Origin: Patescibacteria group bacterium
Lineage (GTDB): Bacteria > Patescibacteriota > CPR2 > UBA1875
Length of the DNA: 64,000 nt
NCBI GenBank assembly: GCA_041737595.1
Contig: JBGSRK010000005.1
Coordinates: 1,610-65,609, forward strand
Reading direction: 5' to 3'
Below are positions 9,693 to 19,022 of this stretch, piece by piece; the stretch's first letter is position 1; every line of letters starts with the position of its first letter. The notes below the pieces were generated by a model. It was not told where the DNA came from. It did not search any database and saw only the letters and a list, made by a program, of their open reading frames with translations. The position numbers and the translations under genes were made by a program.

Positions 9693-10112
9693 TCCCATCA
9701 ATAAACCGTGTCATACACTTGATCCGTTTCATTTTTAGACGGACGTTATTGTTGGGAGAGTCCCTCCGGCAAGCGAGTCGGCCTCAGGAGGGTGATGAGG
9801 TTTATTTGACCCAGCTTGCCAAAAGGGACACTTCCAGCAAATTTATTGATTTAATTTTCAAATTTTTTACCACATTTTATAAATCCGAGCGCGGTTACAA
9901 CCATTTTTTGGTCGACGTAGAAGTTTATCACATAAATTATTATTTGTCAACACTTTTTTTATGAATGTTGATAACCCCTCATAATAGATAATCTCTGACT
10001 AAATATAATAATATATTTTCACACTACATTACTACGTAGTAGCGTAGTGTCTAGGATATTAAACATAAAGACTATATTAATATATTTAAACTTAAGTGAT
10101 ATAATATTGCTT

Positions 10113-11174
10113 ATGAATAAAAAGTATTTAGCAAGTTTTGGTGCATTTAAAAAAATTAATTCAGATATATGGCATAAAATAGTAGGTTATTTCCCAAATT
10201 TAGAAATAGCTTGGAACGCTAGTGAAAATGATTATATTAAGGCTGGACTAAAAGATAAACAAGCTAAAGAATTAAGAGATCATATTAAAACATTTGATAA
10301 TGAAAAATATATAAATCTTTTAAATAAAAATAATGTAAATATTATCTCGATAATGGATCCCGAATATCCTAAGCTCTTAAAAGAAATTCATACCCCACCA
10401 TTTATTATTTATATTAAGGGTAAATTAGATATTAAAGATGAAGGGGCTATTGCGATAGTGGGGTCAAGAAAGGCGACCGATTATGGACGAAGGGTTACCA
10501 ATGAACTAGCAGGAGAGTTAGCGAGTGCTGGTATTACTATAATTTCTGGTCTTGCTTTAGGGCTTGATACTCAAGCACACACCGCAGCTTTAAAAAAAGG
10601 TGGGAGAACAATTGCTGTACTTGCAAATGGTCTTGATATGATATACCCAACATCTAACACTAATTTAGCAAATGAAATAATTAATAATGGAGCAATTATA
10701 TCTGAACAACCACTTGGTATGCCTGCTTTAAAACCAAATTTCCCAGCTAGAAATCGAATTATATCTGGTCTTTCTCAAGGAGTGATAATTACAGAAGCGG
10801 GGGATAAATCTGGGACACTGCATACTGCAAATTTCGCTCTTGAACAAAATAGACAAGTATATGCAGTACCTGGCCCAATATATAATCCATTAGCACATGG
10901 GCCAAACACTTTAATAAAATTAGGTGCTAAATTAGTAACGTCTTCTTCTGATATATTAGAAGATTTTGGGATAGAAAAAGAACTTATAATTTCTAAACCA
11001 GAAAATAGTGATGAAAAATTAATTTTTGATCTATTAATAAATGGAGAAAAACACATAGATGAAATAACAAATATTTCAAAAAGATCTTCACAGGAAATTT
11101 CAAGAATTATTTCGTTGATGGAAATAAATGGGAAGCTAATCCATCTTGGCGGAATGATTTATGATTTAAAATAA
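10113..11174 (+). CDS. dprA: DNA processing protein A (SMF family, Rossmann-fold DNA-binding)
   Basis: GSRKATDYG...GLALGLDTQAHTAAL...NRIISGLS motifs typical of DprA. The track ORF begins at an upstream GTG (10047) inside a palindrome. The ATG at 10113 lies 6 nt after a TATAAT box, so it is a possible leaderless start. Confidence 0.8.
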   Translation: MNKKYLASFGAFKKINSDIWHKIVGYFPNLEIAWNASENDYIKAGLKDKQAKELRDHIKTFDNEKYINLLNKNNVNIISIMDPEYPKLLKEIHTPPFIIYIKGKLDIKDEGAIAIVGSRKATDYGRRVTNELAGELASAGITIISGLALGLDTQAHTAALKKGGRTIAVLANGLDMIYPTSNTNLANEIINNGAIISEQPLGMPALKPNFPARNRIISGLSQGVIITEAGDKSGTLHTANFALEQNRQVYAVPGPIYNPLAHGPNTLIKLGAKLVTSSSDILEDFGIEKELIISKPENSDEKLIFDLLINGEKHIDEITNISKRSSQEISRIISLMEINGKLIHLGGMIYDLK

Positions 11175-11241
11175 TTGAAATATCTATAAATATTAATAAA
11201 ATATGTTTAAATAGATAAAGTAGTGTATAATCACAAGTCGT

Positions 11242-13197
11242 ATGAAATTAGTAATTGTAGAAAGTCCTGCAAAGGCAAAAACAATTGAAGGTTACCTAGG
11301 ACCTGGTTATAAGGTGCTTGCATCTTATGGTCATCTTCGTGATCTTCCAAAATCCAAATTAGGTGTTAATGAAGAAACTTTTGAGCCAGAATACATTATT
11401 CCTGTAAAAAGTCGTAAAAATGTAACTGCTATAAAAAAGGAAGCCGAAAAAGCAGAACTAGTTATTCTCGCTACTGATGAAGATAGAGAAGGGGAAGCAA
11501 TATCTTGGCATATAATTTTTGCAGCAAATATTCCTAAAGGTAAATACCAAAGAATTACATTTAATGAAATAACTAAAGAAGCAATTAAAGAGGCTGTTGC
11601 AAATCCTAGAGAAATTAATCAAAATCTTGTTGACGCTCAACAAGGCAGAAGAGTGCTCGATAGGATAGTTGGGTATAAACTTAGCCCACTATTATGGAAA
11701 AAAATAAGAAGAGGTCTTTCTGCGGGGCGCGTACAATCAGTTGCCGTAAGACTTATTGTTGAACGTGAAAGAGAAATACAGGCATTTATTCCAGAAGAAT
11801 ATTGGGAAATTTTGGCAGTATTGAATAAAGATGATAATTTTGAAGCCAAGCTTATAAAAAAGAATGATAAAAATATAGAGATTAAAAATAAGTCAGAATC
11901 TGATTTAATTTTAAAAGAGATCAAAGATAAAGATTTTATAGTCGAAAAAGTTGATGTCAAAGAGATGAAAAAGTCTCCTGGTGCCCCTTTTACAACCTCA
12001 ACTCTACAACAAGAAGCTTCAAGAAAACTCCGTTTCTCAGCTAAAAAAACAATGATGCTAGCCCAGAAGTTATATGAGGGGATAAATGTCCCTAGTGAGG
12101 GCTCTGTGGGCCTTATAACCTATATGAGGACAGATTCAACAAATCTTTCAGAACAAGCCGTCACCCAAGCTCGTAAATTAATTGATGAAAAATATGGGAA
12201 GAAATATGTTTCTCAAATAATGAGGATATGGAAAAAGAAAAAAGGAGCTCAAGAAGCTCATGAAGCAATTAGACCAACTGGATTTTATCGTTTACCCGAA
12301 GCCTTATCAGATATATTGGAACCAGACATGTTAAAGCTTTATGAACTTATTTGGAGAAGAGCCATGGCCTCACAGATGTCTGACGAGGTTTTGGATTTAA
12401 TGGGCGTCGATATAAAAGTTTCTGACTATACTTTTCGATCAAATGGTAAAAAAGTTAAATTTGATGGTTTTTCAATAGTTTATAATAATCTCGCAGGAGA
12501 TAAGGATATTATATTACCATCACTTAATGTCGGTGATAAATGTGATGTCATAGAAATAAATCCATTACAAAAATTTACAAAACCAAAGGCCAGATATACT
12601 GAAGCTTCACTTGTTAAAGTATTAGAAGAAAATGGTATTGGTCGACCTTCAACGTATGCCCCAACAATTTCCACTATAAAAGATAGGGGATATGTCCGCG
12701 TTGAAAATAGATTTTTAATTCCCGAAGAAATATCATTTATAGTTACTGATGGTTTAGTTAAATTTTTCCCTGATGTTATTGATGTTGATTTTACTGCAAA
12801 AATGGAGAATGATCTTGATAAAGTAGCAGAGGGAAAAATTAAATGGAAAAATCCTATTAAAGAATTTTATGGACCGTTTATTTTTGAGGTTGCAAAAGCA
12901 GAAGAAGCTTGGGATTACGAAAAACCAAAAGATGAACCTACCGACGAAATTTGTGAAAAATGTAAATCTCAAATGGTAATAAAAATTGGTAGATATGGTA
13001 AATTTATGGCTTGCTCAAATTTCCCTGATTGTAAAAACACAAAGAGTATGGCCGAATCTCTTGGACCATGTCCAAAATGTAAAGATGGAAATATTATAGC
13101 CAGAAAAACAAAAAGAGGTAGAACATTCTTCGGTTGTTCAAATTATCCTAAGTGCGACTGGGCTACCTGGAAACTTGAAGATCTAGATAAAAATTGA
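11242..13197 (+). CDS. topA: DNA topoisomerase I with C-terminal zinc ribbons
   Basis: Toprim N-terminus (MKLVIVESPAKAKTI...DEDREGE), active-site region, C-terminal CxxC-x-CxxC fingers. Confidence 0.9.
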   Translation: MKLVIVESPAKAKTIEGYLGPGYKVLASYGHLRDLPKSKLGVNEETFEPEYIIPVKSRKNVTAIKKEAEKAELVILATDEDREGEAISWHIIFAANIPKGKYQRITFNEITKEAIKEAVANPREINQNLVDAQQGRRVLDRIVGYKLSPLLWKKIRRGLSAGRVQSVAVRLIVEREREIQAFIPEEYWEILAVLNKDDNFEAKLIKKNDKNIEIKNKSESDLILKEIKDKDFIVEKVDVKEMKKSPGAPFTTSTLQQEASRKLRFSAKKTMMLAQKLYEGINVPSEGSVGLITYMRTDSTNLSEQAVTQARKLIDEKYGKKYVSQIMRIWKKKKGAQEAHEAIRPTGFYRLPEALSDILEPDMLKLYELIWRRAMASQMSDEVLDLMGVDIKVSDYTFRSNGKKVKFDGFSIVYNNLAGDKDIILPSLNVGDKCDVIEINPLQKFTKPKARYTEASLVKVLEENGIGRPSTYAPTISTIKDRGYVRVENRFLIPEEISFIVTDGLVKFFPDVIDVDFTAKMENDLDKVAEGKIKWKNPIKEFYGPFIFEVAKAEEAWDYEKPKDEPTDEICEKCKSQMVIKIGRYGKFMACSNFPDCKNTKSMAESLGPCPKCKDGNIIARKTKRGRTFFGCSNYPKCDWATWKLEDLDKN

Positions 13198-13245
13198 CCT
13201 ACCTATTAATATTTAGGTATAATCTAATCATAATATAGAGGCAAT

Positions 13246-13647
13246 ATGGCAATACAATCAAAATGTAAAAAATGCAGTAATGATTTTTTAATAATCACTA
13301 AAGAAGAAGAGTATTATAAAGAAAAAGATTTACCATTACCTAAATTGTGCCCTGAGTGTAGATATGAAAGAAGGATATCTTTACGAAATAAAAAGAAACT
13401 TATTGGGTATAATTGTGATAGTTGTGGCAATGATATAATTACGGCAGTTGAACCAGAAGAAGGTTTACAAATTTTTTGTAAAACCTGTTATCAAAAATTT
13501 TTGCAGGAAAATGATTGCATACTCGGATATTCTGATGCTGCAAAGGCTGAAATGGGAGGTGATACAAATAAAAATGAATCTCCATCAACCCCTAATATAA
13601 ATGAAAAAACTGATAATGGGTCAGCAAAAGATCCTGTGAGTTGGTAA
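13246..13647 (+). CDS. Tandem zinc-ribbon protein (FmdB-like CxxC...CPxC pairs), unknown function
   Basis: Two ribbons: CKKCSNDF...CPEC and CDSCGNDI...CKTC. RBS AGAGG upstream; acidic/Ser-rich tail. Confidence 0.55.
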   Translation: MAIQSKCKKCSNDFLIITKEEEYYKEKDLPLPKLCPECRYERRISLRNKKKLIGYNCDSCGNDIITAVEPEEGLQIFCKTCYQKFLQENDCILGYSDAAKAEMGGDTNKNESPSTPNINEKTDNGSAKDPVSW

Positions 13648-14540
13648 TGATAGATGAAAAGATAAAAGAACTTATTAAGAAGTTCCCAATTATATCAACA
13701 GTTCAAAGAAGCTGTGATAATTGTGATTGGGGGCACCATGTTTATAGTTCTCAAAATTGTTATCAAATTTTTGATGCATCTCAATTAGATGAATGTATGT
13801 ATGTAAAAGATTCTTTTAAGGAATCAAAATGTATTGATACAACCTGGAACGCTTTTTGTGAAAGGTGCCTTGAAACAAGTGATTCTTTAGAATCAAATAA
13901 CTGTGTTTATTCTCAATATATAGGCCAATGTTACAATATGTGGTATTCGTTTAATTGTGGTTCATGCCATGACTGTTTTGGTTGTTATAATCTATCGAAT
14001 AAAGAGTATTGTATATTTAATGTTCAATATACAGAATCTGAATTTAATGAAAAAATTAAAGAATTAAAAAAACAAGACCCTGAAGAAATTATCAAAAAAG
14101 TTAAAAAGGAAGTTGAACTAAAATTTCCTAAGATGCATTCTAATTTTAGAGATAACCAAAATTCAGAATATGTAGATTATGTTTACAGATCAAAAGACGC
14201 ATATTACTGCTTTGACTGTAATGATATAGATAGCTGTTTCTATTGCACAACAATTAATGAATCAAGTGACTGTGTTGATTGTTCGTTTATATTTAGGACT
14301 CAACATTCCACTAACTCTACAGATTTAAATGAATGTTACAACTGTTATGAGTCAAGAGAGTGTGATAGATGTACGAATTCATATTTTTTATATAGCTGTC
14401 AGGATTGTACAGATTGTTTTGGATGTGTGAATCTTGCGCATAAAGAATACTGTATTTTCAATGTTCAATATACTAAAGAAGAGTATCCAAAAAAACTTAA
14501 TGAAGTAAAAAAACAGTACGGTATAACCAATCAAAGCTAG
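13641..14540 (+). CDS. Cys-rich protein with internal tandem duplication, unknown function
   Basis: About 36 Cys. A repeated block CHDCFGCYNLSNKEYCIFNVQYTESEFNEKIKELKKQ aligns with CTDCFGCVNLAHKEYCIFNVQYTKEEYPKKLNEVKKQ. Start overlaps the upstream gene by 7 nt. Confidence 0.55.
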   Translation: MVMIDEKIKELIKKFPIISTVQRSCDNCDWGHHVYSSQNCYQIFDASQLDECMYVKDSFKESKCIDTTWNAFCERCLETSDSLESNNCVYSQYIGQCYNMWYSFNCGSCHDCFGCYNLSNKEYCIFNVQYTESEFNEKIKELKKQDPEEIIKKVKKEVELKFPKMHSNFRDNQNSEYVDYVYRSKDAYYCFDCNDIDSCFYCTTINESSDCVDCSFIFRTQHSTNSTDLNECYNCYESRECDRCTNSYFLYSCQDCTDCFGCVNLAHKEYCIFNVQYTKEEYPKKLNEVKKQYGITNQS

Positions 14541-14553
14541 CAAAATTAAATAA

Positions 14554-14582
14554 TTGACGAATACTTAAGTTTCTGCTATAAT
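14554..14582 (+). promoter_or_regulatory. Consensus sigma70-type promoter (TTGACG-N17-TATAAT), likely leaderless transcript
   Basis: -35 at 14554-14559, 17-nt spacer, -10 at 14577-14582. The ATG at 14592 is only 9 nt downstream with no RBS. Confidence 0.55.
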
Positions 14583-14591
14583 TGTATTGTT

Positions 14592-15632
14592 ATGACAGAA
14601 AAAGTTGCATTATTTGATGATTCAAACACACAAGTTGGCGAATGGGAGAAACTTGCCGTACTTAGTGTTACAGATTGTCCAAAAATTAAAAAAGACAGAG
14701 AAAGAAAAATTATTTTTGACCGCTTTGGTATTGGTAAAAATATTAAAACTTTAAATGCTATTGGGAATCAATATGGGGTCACTCGAGAAAGAATAAGACA
14801 GATTGTTAATAATGTACTAAAAAAGATAAAAAAGTTTTGTAAAAATGATAAAGTAAATAATACAATTAAATCAATTGAAGAATTTGTAAATAAATCTGGC
14901 GGATATATTTCAAATATTGATCTTTATTCAAAATATACTAAAGATTCAAAAAGAGAACAAAATGCTATAAGATTTATTGCTACACTATCAGAAAACTTAG
15001 ACATAGTTAAAGAATCTAATTATTTAAAAGAGGGTCTTGTAGATAAAAAAGTTAAAGAAGTAAAATTAAAGAAAATTGTAGTTGAATCAATTACTTTATT
15101 AAAAAAACAAGGGAAAACATTAAGATCAAAAGAAATAGCAGAAACTATTAATTATCCCGAAGATATAACAAGAGCTGCTCTTTCTGGTGCAAAAGCTATT
15201 ATGAAAGGTGATGATAATAAATGGGGGCTAAAAACATGGCCACACGTAAATCCTAAAAGTATAAAAGATAAATCTATGTATATTTTAAAAAGATATTCAA
15301 AACCAATTCATTATACTGAACTTACAATTAAAATAAGTGAACTTTCTAATAAAAAAGTTACAAAGCAATCAGTTCATAATGAATTAATCAAAAATTCTGA
15401 ATTTGTACTCGTTGGTAGGGGAATATACGCTCTTTCTGAATGGGGGTATACCCCCGGGGTTGTTGAAGAAGTAATTGTCCAAGTTTTAATTGAAGCTGGA
15501 AAACCTATGCATAAAAATGAAATTATTGATTTGGTTCTTGAACGTAGAATAGTAAAGGCAAGTACAGTTATTTTAAATCTTCAAAAACCAAGATTTAAAA
15601 GAGTTAAAAAAGCAGTATATACTTTAAATTAA
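14592..15632 (+). CDS. DNA-binding protein: sigma-70 region-4-like HTH plus two HARE-HTH-like winged helices
   Basis: N-terminal FDRFGIGKNIKTLNAIGNQYGVTRERIRQIVNNVLKKIKK resembles sigma70 region 4.2 (VTRERIRQIE). C-terminal VLVGRGIYALSEWGY and NKWGLKTW resemble HARE-HTH. Confidence 0.55.
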   Translation: MTEKVALFDDSNTQVGEWEKLAVLSVTDCPKIKKDRERKIIFDRFGIGKNIKTLNAIGNQYGVTRERIRQIVNNVLKKIKKFCKNDKVNNTIKSIEEFVNKSGGYISNIDLYSKYTKDSKREQNAIRFIATLSENLDIVKESNYLKEGLVDKKVKEVKLKKIVVESITLLKKQGKTLRSKEIAETINYPEDITRAALSGAKAIMKGDDNKWGLKTWPHVNPKSIKDKSMYILKRYSKPIHYTELTIKISELSNKKVTKQSVHNELIKNSEFVLVGRGIYALSEWGYTPGVVEEVIVQVLIEAGKPMHKNEIIDLVLERRIVKASTVILNLQKPRFKRVKKAVYTLN

Positions 15633-15639
15633 GGGGAAT

Positions 15640-18600
15640 ATGTACGACATTTTAACAGAAATTTTTAAGGGAGTTGTATCTGTGATACTTTATTTTTGGT
15701 GGCTTATAGCCGCTTTTTTATTTTATATTGCTTGGCAGAATAAAAGAAAAACTTCTTTTGTATCTAAAACAGAACATATTATTATGGAGGTTAAGATTAC
15801 CAAAACTAATGATAAAGATCCAACTGCAGCAGAAATGATGTTTGCTACCTTACATGGTATATTAAAGCCAAGGACAGAACTACTTAAAAAGGGAGAGATA
15901 CAAGAACACATTAGTTTTGAAATTATTTCAGATACTACATCTATTCGTTTTTATGTTTGGACACCAAAACACCTAAAGGATTTTGTTGAAGGACAAATTT
16001 ATGCTCAGTATCCATCTGCCGAAATCCGCGAAGTTGAAGATTATACAAAAAGTATAGATCCTTCTGATAAAAATATTAATGTTACTTCAGCCGATATTGT
16101 ATTAACAAAAGACGATTATCTTCCTATTAAATCTTTTAATAATTTTAAAGTAGACCCACTTGCTGGAATTACTGGGGTTTTATCTAAACTAGATGAAAAA
16201 GGTGAACAAATTTGGATTCAAATACTTGCAAGGCCAGTTTCTGATGAATGGAAAAGAAGAGGGCAAAACTGGGCTGCAAAGAAAAAAGGTGAAGCCGTTT
16301 CGGGGTTTGGTTTTACGGAATCTTTTGGTAAGTGGATTATAGAGGCCCCTCTAAAATTAATAACTGATTTAATTAAAGTAGCAATAGTTGGGGGACTTGA
16401 CCCAGATAGTGATTCAAAAACCAAATTATCACCAGACACAGAAAGTATGATTTCTGCTATACAGGAAAAATCAGAAAAATTAGCATTTAAAGTGAGAATC
16501 AGAGCTATATATTTAAGTCCAAATTCAGTTAAATCAAGTGAAAGAATGCAAGCTGTTTTTGGAGCTTTCAAGCAATTTAATACAACAAATTTAAATGGAT
16601 TTAAAGGTAAGCATATAGCAAATGATAGATCTTATCTTAAAGAATATAATAATAGATTATTTTTAAAAGGTGGGTTTCATTTAAATATAGAAGAACTTGC
16701 ATCTATTTATCATCTACCACATACCTCAGTCGAAACACCCAATATTAAATGGACTTCCTCAAAAGTTGGCGAACCACCAACTAATTTACCAATTGAAGAA
16801 ACTACCCCAATAGAAGATTTAGCACTTTTTGCTGAAACAAATTTTAGAAGTCATAAGGAAGTTTTTGGTATAAAAAGAGATGACAGACGTAGACATATGT
16901 ATATTATTGGTAAATCTGGTATGGGGAAAACTAAACTTCTAGAAAATTTAATTAATAACGATATTAAAAGAGGAGAAGGGGTTGCGCTTATGGACCCTCA
17001 TGGTGATTATTATGCAGATGTTATTAATAAAATCCCTGAGGAAAGAATAAAGGATGTAGTGCTTTTTGATCCTTCTGATGTAAGTAATCCGATAGCTTTT
17101 AATCCAATGGAAGTAATTGATGAAAATTTTAAAGTACAGATAGCATCTGGTATTGTTGGCACTTTCAAAAAAATATTTGGGACATCTTGGGGCCCTCGAC
17201 TTGAATATATTTTAAATTATACTGTCCTTGCTCTTTTGGATACTCCTGATACAACTATTCTAGGTATTGTGCGGGTTTTAACAGATAAAAATTATAGAAA
17301 AATTATTGTAGATAATATTCAAGATCCAGTTGTAAAAAAATTCTGGACTACTGAGTTTGCTTCATATAATGAAAAATTCGCTACAGAGGCTATAGCACCT
17401 ATCTTAAATAAGGTTGGACAATTTGTTGCAAATTCATTAATTCGAAATGTTATTGGTCAACCTAAATCTAGTTTTAATTTAAGAGAACTAATGGATAATA
17501 AAAAAATAATACTTATTAATCTTTCTACTGGTAAGGTAGGGGAGACTAATGCTGCACTTTTAGGTTCTTTAATGATTACTGCTATTCAGCTTGCTGCTAT
17601 GAGTAGAGCAGATATTGCAGAAGAAAATCGGGCTGACTATTATCTATATGTTGATGAGTTCCAAAATTTCGCAACTGAATCATTTAAAACTATTCTTTCA
17701 GAGGCAAGAAAATATCGACTCAATCTTGTTATGGCTAATCAATATATTGCGCAGATGGAGGATACGGGTGTTAAGGACGCAATTTTTGGTAATGTAGGTA
17801 CAATTATTACTTTTAGGGTTGGGGCACAAGACGCTGATGAGCTCGTAAAGGAATTTAGCCCACCATTTGAAGCTCAAGATTTAATTAATCTTGCAAGACA
17901 AAACATCTATATCCGTATGACTATTGATGGGCAATCAGAAACTGCATTCTCTGGAGTAACACTTACTGTATCCCCAGACGTAACTGGAAACTTTGATAAA
18001 ATTATTGAACACTCAAGAAAAATGTATACCCGTCCAAGAGAGGAAGTAGAAGCTGAGGTAGCTGCAAAATCAGGTATGCAAATTAATGCCAAGCCATCTA
18101 CCGCACCAGGGATGGAAAACGCTGTAGTTGAAATAGTAACATCAGATACTAAAATTACTGCAACAGAAGAAGGAGATGTTTTTGAAGCACCATTAGTAAA
18201 AAAAGTTAATAATAAATCAAAGAACACAAGCCCTTCAAAAGAAAATTTAGTAAACATTATAAAAGAAAATACTGCTCACTTAGAAAAACCAAAAAAAGAT
18301 AAAGATAAAGAAGAATTAAAATTAGAACAAAAAAATGATAAAAATATTATTAAAGGGGATAAAGAGGGTAATATTAAGAGTGAAATAAAGAAAGATAATT
18401 TTCTTATTAAAGATAAAATAGATAAAGAAACCTTATCTGAAATATTAAAATCTGTAGTCAAACCTACAGAAGATTTAAATAATAATAATTCAATAAAAAT
18501 AGATGCAAAAAATGATGAGACAAATAGGGGAGACGAAAAAAAAGAAAATGTTATAAAAAATAATATTATTAATAATACCCCCAAAGATAAAACCGAGAAC

Positions 18601-18753
18601 CATGTTTCCCCTACTTCAAAAAATGAAAAAATAATTACTTCGGATAATTTTAAAGATATAAAAACTATACATCCAAATGAAACCGTAAAAGTATTAGAAC
18701 GAACTGGCGAACCCCAAAAAATTAATGAAGGTGACATAATTAAATTTAAATAA
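15640..18753 (+). CDS. Membrane-anchored FtsK/HerA/TraG-VirD4-superfamily P-loop ATPase with long Lys/Glu/Asn-rich C-terminal tail
   Basis: N-terminal TM (ILYFWWLIAAFLFYIAW); Walker A HMYIIGKSGMGKTKLLENL; Walker B YLYVDEFQNF. About 240 aa of low-complexity K/E/N-rich tail. RBS GGGGAA, adjacent to the upstream gene. Confidence 0.65.
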   Translation: MYDILTEIFKGVVSVILYFWWLIAAFLFYIAWQNKRKTSFVSKTEHIIMEVKITKTNDKDPTAAEMMFATLHGILKPRTELLKKGEIQEHISFEIISDTTSIRFYVWTPKHLKDFVEGQIYAQYPSAEIREVEDYTKSIDPSDKNINVTSADIVLTKDDYLPIKSFNNFKVDPLAGITGVLSKLDEKGEQIWIQILARPVSDEWKRRGQNWAAKKKGEAVSGFGFTESFGKWIIEAPLKLITDLIKVAIVGGLDPDSDSKTKLSPDTESMISAIQEKSEKLAFKVRIRAIYLSPNSVKSSERMQAVFGAFKQFNTTNLNGFKGKHIANDRSYLKEYNNRLFLKGGFHLNIEELASIYHLPHTSVETPNIKWTSSKVGEPPTNLPIEETTPIEDLALFAETNFRSHKEVFGIKRDDRRRHMYIIGKSGMGKTKLLENLINNDIKRGEGVALMDPHGDYYADVINKIPEERIKDVVLFDPSDVSNPIAFNPMEVIDENFKVQIASGIVGTFKKIFGTSWGPRLEYILNYTVLALLDTPDTTILGIVRVLTDKNYRKIIVDNIQDPVVKKFWTTEFASYNEKFATEAIAPILNKVGQFVANSLIRNVIGQPKSSFNLRELMDNKKIILINLSTGKVGETNAALLGSLMITAIQLAAMSRADIAEENRADYYLYVDEFQNFATESFKTILSEARKYRLNLVMANQYIAQMEDTGVKDAIFGNVGTIITFRVGAQDADELVKEFSPPFEAQDLINLARQNIYIRMTIDGQSETAFSGVTLTVSPDVTGNFDKIIEHSRKMYTRPREEVEAEVAAKSGMQINAKPSTAPGMENAVVEIVTSDTKITATEEGDVFEAPLVKKVNNKSKNTSPSKENLVNIIKENTAHLEKPKKDKDKEELKLEQKNDKNIIKGDKEGNIKSEIKKDNFLIKDKIDKETLSEILKSVVKPTEDLNNNNSIKIDAKNDETNRGDEKKENVIKNNIINNTPKDKTENHVSPTSKNEKIITSDNFKDIKTIHPNETVKVLERTGEPQKINEGDIIKFK

Positions 18754-18790
18754 AATAATATTATTTATTAATAACTAGTTAATTTTAGAT

Positions 18791-18814
18791 ACAGCCTAAG
18801 AGGGCTGTTTTTTA
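18791..18814 (+). terminator. Rho-independent terminator
   Basis: ACAGCC-TAAGAG-GGCTGT hairpin followed by TTTTTTA. Confidence 0.7.
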
Positions 18815-19022
18815 TTAATTAAATATTATATAACATAAATAGATTAAGAATGGTAAGGGAGAAAGAGCAGAGTATAAATATATATAAATAATTAATTATT
18901 AAAATTTTGGCTTTACAATGGGAGATACTAGCAGTCACATAAACTAATAAATAGTTAATGTCGCACAATATATCTTATGCGACTTTCTTTATATGGAGTT
19001 AATGAGTAAAAGAGTATGGGCT

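Noticed and set aside
9671-9964. 97-aa plus-strand ORF in the GC-rich island after pth
   Set aside because: Starts inside the pth terminator hairpin, has no RBS, and its composition is atypical for coding sequence. The region is more plausibly non-coding structured sequence.
9693-10046. Possible RNase P RNA, SRP RNA or tmRNA
   Set aside because: I could not find the P4 consensus (AGGAAAGUCCGG / ACAGAAACCCGGCUUA), the SRP domain IV motif (GGAAGGAAGCAGC) or tmRNA tRNA-like ends. Left as an unassigned structured island.
10047-10112. Upstream GTG start extending dprA by 22 codons
   Set aside because: Begins inside a palindromic non-coding element with no RBS. ATG at 10113 preceded by a TATAAT box is preferred, but not certain.
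18815-19022. Possible small gene or sRNA between the ATPase terminator and ftsQ
   Set aside because: Only tiny ORFs (under 15 aa) and one weak hairpin (GTCGCA...GCGAC) with no supporting signals.
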